The notes under the pieces are model-generated. The model did not search any database. It saw only the letters and a list, made by a program, of their open reading frames with translations, and was not told the DNA's origin. Positions 1 to 9,854 of a stretch of DNA of 37,108 nt are shown here, piece by piece (position 1 is the first letter of the stretch; every line of letters begins with the position of its first letter). The DNA comes from a virus (taxonomy: Duplodnaviria; Caudoviricetes), in the IMG/VR virus record IMGVR_UViG_3300044657_000533, positions 1 through 37,108 of that record; one strand, given 5' to 3'. The translations under genes were made by a program, and so were the position numbers.

Positions 1-1
1 T

Positions 2-289
2 TTATTAGATAAAGCAATAAGATTGGTCTGCCCTATTAACAGTGTTTCGATAGAAATAGAAAATGACTTATCGACAGTAAATATCGACTTCAAAGATGAA
101 GCCACACAAGCAGAGAAAGACGCTGCACAACTTGTCGTTGATAACTTTGATATTAACGCGAAAGACCCTATTGCTGAACGCATCAAAGAATACGGCACTC
201 CTGCAGAGCAAATAGAGCGCATTATTGAAAACGGTCTTGCTGCCGAACAAGCGAGGGTAGCCGAGATTAAAGGGAGGATACCTAAATGA
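2..289 (+). CDS. Small tail-fibre assembly/chaperone-like protein, 5'-truncated
   Basis: Frame is open to the left edge (LLDKAIRLVCPINS...). C-terminal RIKEYGTPAEQIE...VAEIKGRIPK resembles small fibre-associated proteins. Stop overlaps the next ATG. Confidence 0.55.
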   Translation, partial: LLDKAIRLVCPINSVSIEIENDLSTVNIDFKDEATQAEKDAAQLVVDNFDINAKDPIAERIKEYGTPAEQIERIIENGLAAEQARVAEIKGRIPK

Positions 290-1167
290 TTAATAGCCAA
301 GGCGGCATAAGTAAAGCATCACAAGCCGATGCCGAGGCAGGAACAAGTGACTCTACATGGATGTCGCCTTTAAAGACTAAACAGGCTATTGATGCTTTGG
401 GTGGTCATGGGCAGTGCTACCTTGATTACACATCAACTACGCTAATCACACTAAAACCAGAGAATGGCAACAGAGTAATAATAGATGGTGTCTCAACAAG
501 TATAGGCACTGGCGTTACAGCAGCGAACACAAGTGTTTTTATCAACGGCACTGGTGCATCTAACCTAGCCGCCGACACTATATATCTGGTGTGTTTATTT
601 GATAACGCAGGAACACCGACAATAGATTTCCTCACTGTTCACACACATCAAACCCACACAGATGGCGTAGAGATAGCCACGGGTGACAGCACAAGAACGG
701 TAGTAGGCAAGATTAGAACTAATTCATCTAGTCAATTCCAAACAAAGGTGGGAACTGCTTGTTGGTTAATAAGCTGGTTTAACAGAAAGAACATAACCAT
801 TAGTGGGTCATGGTCTGGAAACTACAGCACTACAAGCGCCACAGACGTGGAAGTTAGTACAACGATTAGAGCTTACTTTATATCTTGGGAGACTGAAAAC
901 ATAACAGCGTTCTTTGAGGATTACTGTTGGAACTCCCTATTAGGGGCATGGACAGGTGCGCGGATATATTATGACACAACAATCGTATCTCACTTAAGCA
1001 TACATCAAGCGGGGTCGACTAACTACTCAGGCACAATCTCAACAACAGGGAAGGTCGAAGCTCCTTCAGAAACAGCATCTCACTACATGACAGTTTATGT
1101 TCTGGTTTCTTCTGGAACAGGAAATGTTGCAGGTGGCGGTAGAGTAACTGTTAATTTAAGAGGGTAG
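286..1167 (+). CDS. Tail fibre / receptor-binding protein
   Basis: N-terminal ASQADAEAGT...MSPLKTKQAI fibre repeat, T/S/G-rich beta composition, paralogous to the 36630 ORF. Confidence 0.75.
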   Translation: MINSQGGISKASQADAEAGTSDSTWMSPLKTKQAIDALGGHGQCYLDYTSTTLITLKPENGNRVIIDGVSTSIGTGVTAANTSVFINGTGASNLAADTIYLVCLFDNAGTPTIDFLTVHTHQTHTDGVEIATGDSTRTVVGKIRTNSSSQFQTKVGTACWLISWFNRKNITISGSWSGNYSTTSATDVEVSTTIRAYFISWETENITAFFEDYCWNSLLGAWTGARIYYDTTIVSHLSIHQAGSTNYSGTISTTGKVEAPSETASHYMTVYVLVSSGTGNVAGGGRVTVNLRG

Positions 1168-1170
1168 ACT

Positions 1171-1404
1171 ATGAAAATATACAATTCAAATAAACTAATA
1201 GGCACTACCTTCGCTGATGAAATAAGTGCAGCAGGTCTAAGTGATGTTCTTAAGTCTTGGGGTCATGATGGTAGCTATGAACTTCCAGAAGATACGCCAC
1301 AAGAAACAGTGGATGCAATAGCAGCAGTCTTTGAGGCGCACTACACAAGCCCAGAAGATTACGCAGCGCAGATGCCTAACTTGCCACCGATGGACATAAT
1401 ATGA
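1171..1404 (+). CDS. Small fibre-associated (chaperone-like) protein
   Basis: 77-aa acidic ORF directly after the fibre gene, GAGGGG RBS. Confidence 0.6.
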   Translation: MKIYNSNKLIGTTFADEISAAGLSDVLKSWGHDGSYELPEDTPQETVDAIAAVFEAHYTSPEDYAAQMPNLPPMDII

Positions 1405-1420
1405 TTGAACCATACCACTC
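1401..1420 (+). repeat. 20-bp exact direct repeat ATGATTGAACCATACCACTC (copy 1; copy 2 at 9294-9313)
   Basis: Identical 20-mer read at both positions. Confidence 0.9.
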
Positions 1421-1436
1421 TCTAATGGGGGTCTAA

Positions 1437-1637
1437 ATGTTTGGTTTTAATTTATTCGCAGATGCTGATTTTGCCTCTAGTAACACTAGTGGCAGAATAG
1501 CTGAGTGGGTAAACCAATGTGCTGCAGTTAATAACTGGTTTATAGCTCCTGCAGAGGCTTCTGGATTTGCTAATCAGGTAGTGGTATCGACATCTTGGTC
1601 AGCCAGTAAAGACATCAGGACAGTAAAATTATGTTAA
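1437..1637 (+). CDS. Small virion/tail-associated protein
   Basis: MFGFNLFADADFA start typical of small phage tail proteins, GGGGG RBS. Confidence 0.55.
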   Translation: MFGFNLFADADFASSNTSGRIAEWVNQCAAVNNWFIAPAEASGFANQVVVSTSWSASKDIRTVKLC

Positions 1638-1658
1638 CGAATATTTTGGAGGCATATC

Positions 1659-2318
1659 ATGCCAGTTGAAAGCGCAACAACGATAGCAACCCTTGATAAC
1701 ACTTACCCGCTCGGTGGTGACCAAACAAATCAGGGTGATAACCATCTACGCCTGATCAAGAACGTATTAAAGCTCCAGTTTCCGGGAGCATTGGGAGCAG
1801 GGTTCGCCATTCCTATTACAGCTACTGAGGCGCAGTTGAATTTTGTTACTGGCGTGACATCAAATATACAGTCCCAGATTGACGCAAACACAGCGGCGAT
1901 AGCTGCCATAGTGATATTCCCTACAGGAACTAAAATGTCTTTCTTCCAAGCTGCTGCGCCTACTGGTTGGACTCAGGACGTAACCAATAATGACGCGATG
2001 CTCAGAGTGGTCAGCACGGCTGGTGGTGGCACAGGAGGCGTACATAGCCCGATATTAAACAACCTAGTACCAAGCCATACGCATACAGTAAGTGGTTCAA
2101 CAACGGGTGGTTCGCATGAGCATACTTACAATATGTCTGGCCCGGCTGTCGGTGCAGTTGGTACTGGCCCAAACCAGCCTTTTTGGAACACACCAACATC
2201 GACATCTGGCGGTGGCGCTCACTCACATACCGTGTCGGGAACTGCCGCAGCTAACGCTGGCGCTTCTAACTGGACACCGAAGTACGTTGACATGATCATC
2301 TGCTCGAAAGACCCATAA
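1659..2318 (+). CDS. Tail fibre / tail-collar-like protein
   Basis: GDNHLRLIKNVLK N-terminal motif, FPTGTKMSFFQAAAPTGWTQ collar-like segment, HTH/HSH trimer repeats, GGAGG RBS. Confidence 0.8.
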   Translation: MPVESATTIATLDNTYPLGGDQTNQGDNHLRLIKNVLKLQFPGALGAGFAIPITATEAQLNFVTGVTSNIQSQIDANTAAIAAIVIFPTGTKMSFFQAAAPTGWTQDVTNNDAMLRVVSTAGGGTGGVHSPILNNLVPSHTHTVSGSTTGGSHEHTYNMSGPAVGAVGTGPNQPFWNTPTSTSGGGAHSHTVSGTAAANAGASNWTPKYVDMIICSKDP

Positions 2319-2596
2319 TGGACGTTAAACTAACCTGTCCTTTAGGCAGTACCTGCGAGGAGATTAAAGACAATCAACTCCACCGCTGCCGATGGTACAC
2401 AGAATTGAAGGGGACAGACGCACAGGGCAAGGAACATAATACTTGGGATTGCGCTATCACTTGGATGCCTATTCTACAATTAGAGGCAAGCACCACGAAT
2501 CGCAGTATCGCAGGGGCTATTGAGTCAGCACGTAATGTGAACGACATTAACCAGAAGGCTGCTGTCGCAGAAGTGAGGAAATTAAATGCCAGTTGA
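2318..2596 (+). CDS. Small Cys-rich tail-region protein
   Basis: CPLG...C...CRWY...WDCAITWMP pattern, translationally coupled on both sides. Confidence 0.7.
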   Translation: MDVKLTCPLGSTCEEIKDNQLHRCRWYTELKGTDAQGKEHNTWDCAITWMPILQLEASTTNRSIAGAIESARNVNDINQKAAVAEVRKLNAS

Positions 2597-4211
2597 AATG
2601 TTGAAACTAGCGAATATGGGGCTGAAGGGCTTAAGCACCGACACCCAGCCTTGGGAACTTCCCGCTGAGTACCTGACTTACGGCGCGAACTTTCGTGTAT
2701 TCGCTGGCGCATTGCAGTCTGCTGGTGGATATCAGAAGTGGTCAGCATCCCCAGTTGATTTCTATCCCGGTCATATAATCCACGTGGGCTCAACGTCAGG
2801 CGACTATTGGATTGTTTGTGGCAGGACGGCTGTCTATGTATGGAATGGCGCAACATGGACTGTAGCAAGCTCTACGGCAGGTTATGCGGCGCTTGGGACA
2901 GATGACGAGCTATTATGGACCTCGTGTATGCTTGGTAAAATACCGATCATAAATAATCCACAGATTTACCCAGAGTATTGGTCACCGCAAACACCCGGCA
3001 TTGCGATGCAGCGCCTGATGTTTGACGCTACGAATACGTGGCAAGCTATGGGTTATCAGGCCAAGGCAATGCGCTCACATAGAAACTTTTTATTCGCGCT
3101 GAACTTAACCGAGGGCGGCGTAGAGTTCCCAGACTCATACCGATGGAGCCACCCTGCAGATATCAATGGATTGCCAGCCAGTTGGGATGAGACAGATACG
3201 TCATTTTTAGCGGGTAAAGCGTCATTAGGCGGTGACGGTGGTCAAATTATTGATGGACGCTCACTGAAGAACGCCTTCTGTATTTATTCAGAAAACTCTA
3301 TCGATGTATTGGATTATTCCAACGATGAATTTGTCTGGAATAGACGTGAATTATCATCCTCAGTCGGTTTATTGGCCCGGAACTGTTTAGTTGAAATACA
3401 GGGCACTCACTTCTTCTTGGCTGATGGCGATATCGTAATGAATGACGGCACGAATATTCAGTCGATAGCACATAACAGAATACGAAAACAATTAAATGCT
3501 CGGATCAACGTGGACAACTATCAGCGGTCATTCGCTGTCAGGAATAACTCCTTAAAAGAGATATGGTTCTGCGTGGTAGAGGAGGACGCTGTCTACCCGA
3601 ACATCGCTTATATTTATAATTACGCCGATGACTCATGGGCTATTAGGGACCTGCCTTATACGGCTGTTAACCCAACCGCCTCAGCGGTTCAGTCTGGGAT
3701 AGCTTATGCTGGGTATGGCTCTCAAATAGCGCCTGTCGCAACATGGGATGGGTTAGCAAACAGTGAGACATGGGACAGCGGCACAGGGACATGGGGTAGC
3801 GCCCAGAACACACCGCTTGATGACACGGTGGTTGGTGTTAATCCTGCCCTGATTGCAGACGGTGGTGGATTATATCTACTTGACCCATCAGGCGCATCAG
3901 ATGTCGATATCTCTACGAGATTGGAACGAACTGATTACGCCTTACTGGACAACAGACAGGTCACAACAATTACCAGAGCATTCCCGCATATGCAGGGGAC
4001 TCAGCCCGTTGAGATTCAATTTGGCTCACAGGACTTCGCGGGTAGCCCGATTAGATGGCAGCCAGCGATAACCTTCACGCCGGGAGTGGACCGAAAGGTA
4101 GACTTCAGGACCACGGGCGAGCTTCACTGCTACCGAATAGACTCGGTTGGCACGGGTAACTATGCAATATCGGGCATGGATATTGAATTTGTTAGGAACG
4201 GCGAGCGGTAA
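2586..4211 (+). CDS. Tail stabilisation / nozzle protein (P22 gp10- or T7 gp12-like, probably beta-propeller)
   Basis: 541 aa, Trp/beta-rich, WFC...AYIYNY..DSW repeat-like segments, located upstream of the ejection genes. Confidence 0.7.
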   Translation: MPVEMLKLANMGLKGLSTDTQPWELPAEYLTYGANFRVFAGALQSAGGYQKWSASPVDFYPGHIIHVGSTSGDYWIVCGRTAVYVWNGATWTVASSTAGYAALGTDDELLWTSCMLGKIPIINNPQIYPEYWSPQTPGIAMQRLMFDATNTWQAMGYQAKAMRSHRNFLFALNLTEGGVEFPDSYRWSHPADINGLPASWDETDTSFLAGKASLGGDGGQIIDGRSLKNAFCIYSENSIDVLDYSNDEFVWNRRELSSSVGLLARNCLVEIQGTHFFLADGDIVMNDGTNIQSIAHNRIRKQLNARINVDNYQRSFAVRNNSLKEIWFCVVEEDAVYPNIAYIYNYADDSWAIRDLPYTAVNPTASAVQSGIAYAGYGSQIAPVATWDGLANSETWDSGTGTWGSAQNTPLDDTVVGVNPALIADGGGLYLLDPSGASDVDISTRLERTDYALLDNRQVTTITRAFPHMQGTQPVEIQFGSQDFAGSPIRWQPAITFTPGVDRKVDFRTTGELHCYRIDSVGTGNYAISGMDIEFVRNGER

Positions 4212-4561
4212 TGGCTGGCTTTAAGTATTCAGGGCTGATGGATGATTATTCCTATCTTCCTTTTATGGACAGAATTAATAACCCAAATAACTACGATATC
4301 GTGACTAATGATGATGGCAGTATATCAACCCACAGGATGAGCGCCGAGATTGATGAGAACGGTCAGGCGTGGGCGTTTCCTATGATAGTTCAGACGGACG
4401 AAGGCCTACACGAATACGATGACCCGTTTGAGGCGCTGGACTACAATAAACAAACAAATAACGCGATACCGTTCGACAGTATCGATGAGGCTCTGGAGTA
4501 CAGTAAAACGTACAAGCCAGAAGGTTTTAATAATTTTTATAAAGGTTTAATGGGGGAATAA
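4211..4561 (+). CDS. Hypothetical protein with GLM motif at both termini (candidate internal virion cargo)
   Basis: MAGFKYSGLMDDY...FYKGLMGE, TAATG coupling at both ends. Confidence 0.7.
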   Translation: MAGFKYSGLMDDYSYLPFMDRINNPNNYDIVTNDDGSISTHRMSAEIDENGQAWAFPMIVQTDEGLHEYDDPFEALDYNKQTNNAIPFDSIDEALEYSKTYKPEGFNNFYKGLMGE

Positions 4562-4821
4562 TGGCTAGAGGCATAGGTCAAGAGTCACCACCAGCGTCAT
4601 TCGCCACTGACCAGCAGGACTTCCTGACCCGCAGATTTATTGATGTCGGAACGGCCCTCGGTCAATCAAACCATTTCACCCCACGAAAAGAGATGCCTTA
4701 TAAGCCACAGATTGGCCATGTATATTATTTTAACGACCCTACGGGGGCTGGATATGATGCTGTTATTACTGCAGAAGGTTTATGGGTTTATAAGTCAACG
4801 GGGTATACTTTCATAGCATGA
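4561..4821 (+). CDS. Small tail-associated protein
   Basis: KPQIGHVYYF...EGLWVY motif, coupled to neighbours. Confidence 0.65.
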   Translation: MARGIGQESPPASFATDQQDFLTRRFIDVGTALGQSNHFTPRKEMPYKPQIGHVYYFNDPTGAGYDAVITAEGLWVYKSTGYTFIA

Positions 4822-5273
4822 ACGCACAACTAAAACCATTAGAGCTTGTTATTGCGGCCGTCCCCGCCTCGATGATTGATCTTGTATGGGAGCAGGTAAC
4901 GCCGCTCATCCAGAAGGTTATTGATAAGGCCCCGGACGATGTCACTCTGGAGGCAACACGGGAGAACCTGATCAATGCTAATACGCTACTGGTCACTGTT
5001 TCACGTGGAGCAAAAATTGTCGCGGTAAATATTCTCAACGTGCAGGTTCTGGACTCTGGTAAACGCGTCCTGACCATCCCGGTTATCGGTGGCGAAGAGA
5101 TGCGCGAGTGGATGGATAGGTTTATGGAAATCGCTGAACAGATAGCGAAGGATTTTGATTGTACTGCAATTCGGGGCTTTGCAGCGCGAGAAGGCTGGGC
5201 GAGAGTCTTAGAGCCATATGGTTATAAAAAGCTCCACACTGTACTACAATATGAGATAGAGGAGAAAACATAA
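4818..5273 (+). CDS. GNAT-like fold virion assembly protein
   Basis: IGGEEMREW...AKDFDCTAIRGFAAREGWARVL..YGY pattern, at the position typical of podoviral GNAT-like genes before ejection proteins. Confidence 0.6.
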   Translation: MNAQLKPLELVIAAVPASMIDLVWEQVTPLIQKVIDKAPDDVTLEATRENLINANTLLVTVSRGAKIVAVNILNVQVLDSGKRVLTIPVIGGEEMREWMDRFMEIAEQIAKDFDCTAIRGFAAREGWARVLEPYGYKKLHTVLQYEIEEKT

Positions 5274-6103
5274 TGGGCGGCAGTTCAAACTCAAGCGATA
5301 GCAGCAACCAAGGGCAATTCCAGCAGCAAGTCTGGGGTGGGCAGACCCCGGCGCTGCAGAATTTATACAGCCTAGCTGGTAGTTTGTTTAATCAAACTAA
5401 TGGCGGTATGCAGGGCCAAATACCCGGCGCTGTTAACGGTATTAATCAGGTTACCAACCAAGTCAACCCGGCATGGCAGAACCAGATGCAGGGCGGCGCT
5501 TATGGCGGCTTAAATATTGGCAATCAGCTAATGAGTTCGCTCCAGCAGTCTCAGAACACGCCAAGTAATGAGCAGGAGATCAATAACATGATCATGGGCG
5601 GTCAGGGCAACAACTATGTTGACGCTATGAACCGACAGATGCGTGACTCTGCAGCGACCAACCTTGGCGGCTCTCTGGCCATGAACGACCTCAGAGCAAA
5701 CATGGCGGGTCAGGGCGGTAGCTCACGGCACGGCATAACCGAGTCGGGCTTATATAACGATGCGAATACGCAACTGTTTAACGCTCAGACTAACATGGGT
5801 TATAACACTTTCGATAAGGACTTAAATCGTAAGCTCCAGATCGCCCAGAATGCTGACCAGAATAACTTCGGTAGACAGCAGTTAATGTCCCAGATGCTAG
5901 GTGACCAGCAGAACACGATGAATACAGGTATACAGGGCGCACAGCAGCAGCAGAACCTCAATATGGGGCAGTTTGCACCGTATATGCAGCCTTGGAGCGC
6001 AATGGGCGAATATGGCAATGTAGTGGGCAGACCAACTCTTTTAGGTAGCGGGTCACAGGGTGGCCAGAGCAGCTCGAAGAGTATGGGCGCGTCAATGAAA
6101 TAA
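5273..6103 (+). CDS. DNA pilot / ejection protein (Q/G/N/M-rich)
   Basis: MGGSSNSS start, low-complexity Q/G/N composition, GAGGAG RBS. Confidence 0.7.
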   Translation: MGGSSNSSDSSNQGQFQQQVWGGQTPALQNLYSLAGSLFNQTNGGMQGQIPGAVNGINQVTNQVNPAWQNQMQGGAYGGLNIGNQLMSSLQQSQNTPSNEQEINNMIMGGQGNNYVDAMNRQMRDSAATNLGGSLAMNDLRANMAGQGGSSRHGITESGLYNDANTQLFNAQTNMGYNTFDKDLNRKLQIAQNADQNNFGRQQLMSQMLGDQQNTMNTGIQGAQQQQNLNMGQFAPYMQPWSAMGEYGNVVGRPTLLGSGSQGGQSSSKSMGASMK

Positions 6104-6113
6104 GGGGAATATT

Positions 6114-6572
6114 ATGTTTGACCCAAGAACTTTATCTGGTCCCTTCGGGAATGTTGCCCGGTTCAATGTCTTCGGTGAAGAGGCGCGTGGCCTTCTCGAT
6201 GAACTGAACTACGGCCAGCAGCCCGGTTATGGGGTAATGAAGCCAGAACTGGACCCAAATGACCACTATACAGCGACAAGTATGTCACCACAGTATCAAG
6301 GACCGACTATCCCTCAAGCGCTTCTGGATGACCCCAGCAGAGCCCAGTCATGGGGTGATAAGTGGGGCGAGATGATTGGGAGGCAGGGTGCGCGAGAGAA
6401 ATCACAGTCAGAGCTATTAGGAATGAAGCAGGTTCAGTCGGAGCAATTACCTAACCCGATGCAGACGCTGCAGGGCTTAATGTCCGTAGTGGGCGCTGGC
6501 GGTCAACAGCCATACCAGAACTTCATGCCACGCCAGCAGAACCCTTGGCTGCAAGGCCTGATGAATTACTAG
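6114..6572 (+). CDS. Probable internal virion/ejection protein with GLL/GLM motifs
   Basis: Q/P/G-rich, ARGLLDE, LQGLMSV, C-terminal WLQGLMNY. Confidence 0.65.
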   Translation: MFDPRTLSGPFGNVARFNVFGEEARGLLDELNYGQQPGYGVMKPELDPNDHYTATSMSPQYQGPTIPQALLDDPSRAQSWGDKWGEMIGRQGAREKSQSELLGMKQVQSEQLPNPMQTLQGLMSVVGAGGQQPYQNFMPRQQNPWLQGLMNY

Positions 6573-6581
6573 GAGAATATT

Positions 6582-7781
6582 ATGGGCTTTTTAGATAGTT
6601 ATCTTAATGCCAGAGCGCGGCGCACTAACCCTGCCTACGCTCGTCAGCTTGAGCTTCAGGAGCAAGCAAAATACAACGCTCAGGCCGCCCAGCAGGAGCG
6701 CGACTGGAGCCTCGAAGATTTACAGGTAGGACAGCAGCAACTGGCCCAGAACATGGGTACACGGCCAACTGAATACTTCCAGTCACCTACGGGGCAGATG
6801 GCCCAGAATAATGACGGCACAGGTATATTTGGTGATAAGAATGACCAGATGGAGGCTTTTTATAAGCAGCAAGGCAACCGGGTTAAGGATATCCGGGGTT
6901 ACGGCGCTAATTTACTCAGCGACACGCTAACCAGAAAGGATGCCGCATTAAAACCGTCCGCGCTTATGGAAAAATACGGACTTGTTCAGGATGGACTTGG
7001 TGGTCGCAAACCTACTTTAGATGAACTGGATAAGTACGGCGTATTAGGTGGAGGACAGGAGATTACGCAGAACACCTATGGCGATAAAAATAGGACTATT
7101 GACGAAGAGATTATGTATAAAGACAAGCTCGCTTTCGCTGATGATGCGCGTGAACGTGTTATCGGTTATAGCGCAGCGGGTCACTCCGCCGGGATGAAGG
7201 CTGGGCGCATTGATATTATGCTGAAGCTACTGGATACCGTTAAGACTGGTAAACTGGCTGACTTCCAAGCCGCTGCCAAGGGTTGGGCTAAAGAGCTTGG
7301 CTGGGATATAAGCGATGATGATCTGGCTAACACTCTATTTATGCAGACCCAGCTCGGTGACGAGGTTATGGCGCGGGTGGCGGAGACTAAGGGCGCAGTA
7401 TCTGAGCGTGAAATGGCTTTGTTTGAGCAGTTCTCCGCAAGCATGGGCAAGTCTACCGAAGCAAACAGAAAAATACTTAGATTCCAGAAGGCAAAGCTGA
7501 ACCGGGACAAGAAGGTTGCCAGCATGATCAGGGAAATGCAGAAGCAGGGCAAAAGCTCTATGGAGATGCAGGATAAGATCGATGCGTGGGTGAACAAAGA
7601 CGAAAATTCTCTGCATAAAATACTTGAGGGTATCGAGACTGACGTTGAGGTCACTGTCAGAGAGGAAGAGCTAAGGAACCAGTTGGACCAGAAGTTCGCT
7701 GCTAACCCCGCTCTCGCTGAGAGGTACAAGAACATGAACTCTGCACAGAAGGCAGCCGTCCTGAGTCGAATAGGAAAATAA
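6582..7781 (+). CDS. Ejection (DNA transfer) protein
   Basis: 399 aa, helical composition, KGAVSEREMALF motif common in podoviral ejection proteins, AGGAG RBS. Confidence 0.7.
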   Translation: MGFLDSYLNARARRTNPAYARQLELQEQAKYNAQAAQQERDWSLEDLQVGQQQLAQNMGTRPTEYFQSPTGQMAQNNDGTGIFGDKNDQMEAFYKQQGNRVKDIRGYGANLLSDTLTRKDAALKPSALMEKYGLVQDGLGGRKPTLDELDKYGVLGGGQEITQNTYGDKNRTIDEEIMYKDKLAFADDARERVIGYSAAGHSAGMKAGRIDIMLKLLDTVKTGKLADFQAAAKGWAKELGWDISDDDLANTLFMQTQLGDEVMARVAETKGAVSEREMALFEQFSASMGKSTEANRKILRFQKAKLNRDKKVASMIREMQKQGKSSMEMQDKIDAWVNKDENSLHKILEGIETDVEVTVREEELRNQLDQKFAANPALAERYKNMNSAQKAAVLSRIGK

Positions 7782-7782
7782 T

Positions 7783-9294
7783 ATGGAACTTACAGAGCAA
7801 GAACAGAAAGAGGTTGATGCGCTTCTTGGTGAGTTAGCGAATACGGACGATTCTATAAAGCTGTACGCTGAATCGGGAGCGGACCCCGATGTTGACTCGT
7901 TCATGGCTGATTGGCAGCAGGATGAAGCTAACCCGCCCTCTTTTGATTTCAATGCTATGGATATGGTTAAGAATATCCCCGGCAGTGCTATGCAATTAAT
8001 TGACGATACAACTTATCCTATTCGACACCCGTTCAATACACTCGGCGCTATCGCAAGTCTAGCCAAGGGCGGTGTAGAGAAATTCTCGCCCGGTGTTCAG
8101 GAGAATGAGGCCACTGTCGATGCTGTCTGGAATGCTCTGGTTGAGCGTTACGGCGGCATGGAGAACCTAAAGAAGACGCTACAGGAAGACCCTGTTGGGC
8201 TATTATCTGACGTTGTTGGGATTACAACTGGCGGAGCGGTGATAGCGGCTAAAGCTGGTGGAAACGCGGCAAAAATAGCCAATATAGTCGGTGATGCTGC
8301 AAAGGCTATTGACCCGATAAACGCCGCCGTTAATACCACTAAACTTGCGCTTAAGGAAACGCCTCTGGTTAAGGGTGACCTAGCCAGTGACCTGTACAAG
8401 CAGGTAGCTAAAACATCATTCAGTCAGAAGGGTAAGCGGACGTATGCTGATGGCCTTCCAGTGACCCCTTACAATAATAAAATTGAGATGGCGCTCGATA
8501 ACCAGATTGATATATCAAGGTCATCGGGAATTGTTGATTTAAGGCAGAAACAGGCCGATGCAATGGTAGAGATAGACCGCTTAATTGAGGAAGCTAACTC
8601 TAGTGGTAGGGTCCCGTCCCAGTCTGTATTCGATACGCTAAAACCACTGCGACAGGAGTTAGGCTCTGCCACGCAAACAACAGGAATTAAAAACCTTAGA
8701 GAAATTGATAAGGTTGCGAAAGACATAGGCCAAAACCAGCGCAGATTAGGTAAGGATTATTACACCGTTGAAGAGCTTCACGAGTTAAAGAAGAGCCTTT
8801 GGGCAGATATTAATTTTGACCGTGGACAGCAAACAGGAACGAGGGCTGCCGAAGAAGCTCGGAAAGCGATCGGCGACTCCGCCAAAACAAAGGTGGAGCA
8901 TTTTGTGCCTGAGATAAAGGGCTTAAACAGGACATGGGGTGAGCTTGAAGAGATATCCGGGGACGTGGAGCGGACAATAAGACGGGTCGAGGGTAAGGAC
9001 GTGATGGGTTTAGGCACGCCGCTTAAGATATTGACCGCTCACCAGATTGGTGGCGAAGGGTTAATGGGCAACGTGGCGGCTATTGCTGCTGGTTTAGGTC
9101 AGGCGCTTGGCACTGATAAACATAAGGTAAGAACTGCCCTAGCGTTAAGAGACATGAGAAACCGCACCCGTATGAGCCTTATAAATGATAATAGTGCTGG
9201 CGCTGAACTCTTGCGCGAAGCGATGAAGCAGTCAGGTCGTGGTGGTCGTGGATATTCCGAGGACGATTCTATCCTTGGTTTACTGGGCTTCTGA
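7783..9294 (+). CDS. Large ejection (DNA transfer) protein
   Basis: 503 aa, NIPGSA...IRHPFNT...ERYGG...EDPVG segment, ends SILGLLGF. Confidence 0.7.
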   Translation: MELTEQEQKEVDALLGELANTDDSIKLYAESGADPDVDSFMADWQQDEANPPSFDFNAMDMVKNIPGSAMQLIDDTTYPIRHPFNTLGAIASLAKGGVEKFSPGVQENEATVDAVWNALVERYGGMENLKKTLQEDPVGLLSDVVGITTGGAVIAAKAGGNAAKIANIVGDAAKAIDPINAAVNTTKLALKETPLVKGDLASDLYKQVAKTSFSQKGKRTYADGLPVTPYNNKIEMALDNQIDISRSSGIVDLRQKQADAMVEIDRLIEEANSSGRVPSQSVFDTLKPLRQELGSATQTTGIKNLREIDKVAKDIGQNQRRLGKDYYTVEELHELKKSLWADINFDRGQQTGTRAAEEARKAIGDSAKTKVEHFVPEIKGLNRTWGELEEISGDVERTIRRVEGKDVMGLGTPLKILTAHQIGGEGLMGNVAAIAAGLGQALGTDKHKVRTALALRDMRNRTRMSLINDNSAGAELLREAMKQSGRGGRGYSEDDSILGLLGF

Positions 9295-9313
9295 TGATTG
9301 AACCATACCACTC
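9294..9313 (+). repeat. 20-bp exact direct repeat (copy 2), forming the first codons of the membrane-protein gene
   Basis: Identical to 1401-1420. Confidence 0.9.
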
Positions 9314-9854
9314 AATAATCCTGATCTTTCTCGCTGGCTACTTCGATTTCAGCCGAGGTGGTCACGGGCAATGGACTCGGAAGATAATACCTTTTGTATC
9401 TCATAAGCATATATTCTTACTCTTATTAGCTTCACTGTACGTATACGTTATTGGGTTTACTTATTGGTCTTTAATCTTTGTTATTTGGTTTACACTTGCA
9501 GGAGTTATGTTTGGTACTGGTGACCCAATAGGTAAAATTGTTGGCGGGCATAGTGAGCATGGCAATGACAATAATAAGGCAGGTAAGTGGGAGAAGTGGC
9601 AGTACATAGTCAAGACTGACAATGCTTTTACTAACCATGCAATACTCGGTGCGTTATGGGCGCTGCCTACTTTGTTCCTTGGATTCTTTTTAGATATTAA
9701 CTGGCTTGGGGTTTTTATAGGTCATGTAGTTGGTTTTTATTTCATGGGCTTCGCGGTTCGTGGCTTAGAAAAAGATGTGCGCTGGCAACACCTTGAGAAG
9801 TTAAGGTCTGCTTGTGCGATGCTAATAACAATAACATGGACTAACTTTGTTTAA
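9294..9854 (+). CDS. Multi-pass membrane protein, unknown function
   Basis: Several hydrophobic aromatic-rich helices, AT-rich coding sequence. Confidence 0.75.
   Translation: MIEPYHSIILIFLAGYFDFSRGGHGQWTRKIIPFVSHKHIFLLLLASLYVYVIGFTYWSLIFVIWFTLAGVMFGTGDPIGKIVGGHSEHGNDNNKAGKWEKWQYIVKTDNAFTNHAILGALWALPTLFLGFFLDINWLGVFIGHVVGFYFMGFAVRGLEKDVRWQHLEKLRSACAMLITITWTNFV

Noticed and set aside
1659-2598. Shared 13-bp start ATGCCAGTTGAAA (MPVE) in two tail genes
   Set aside because: Too short, with no further similarity. It could be chance or translation-initiation bias.
7181-7735. Long minus-strand ORF (184 aa) and similar shadow ORFs (2374-2868, 29287-29676, 34183-34626)
   Set aside because: They lie antisense to well-supported genes, have S/L/F-rich shadow composition, and I found no supporting RBS or promoter.
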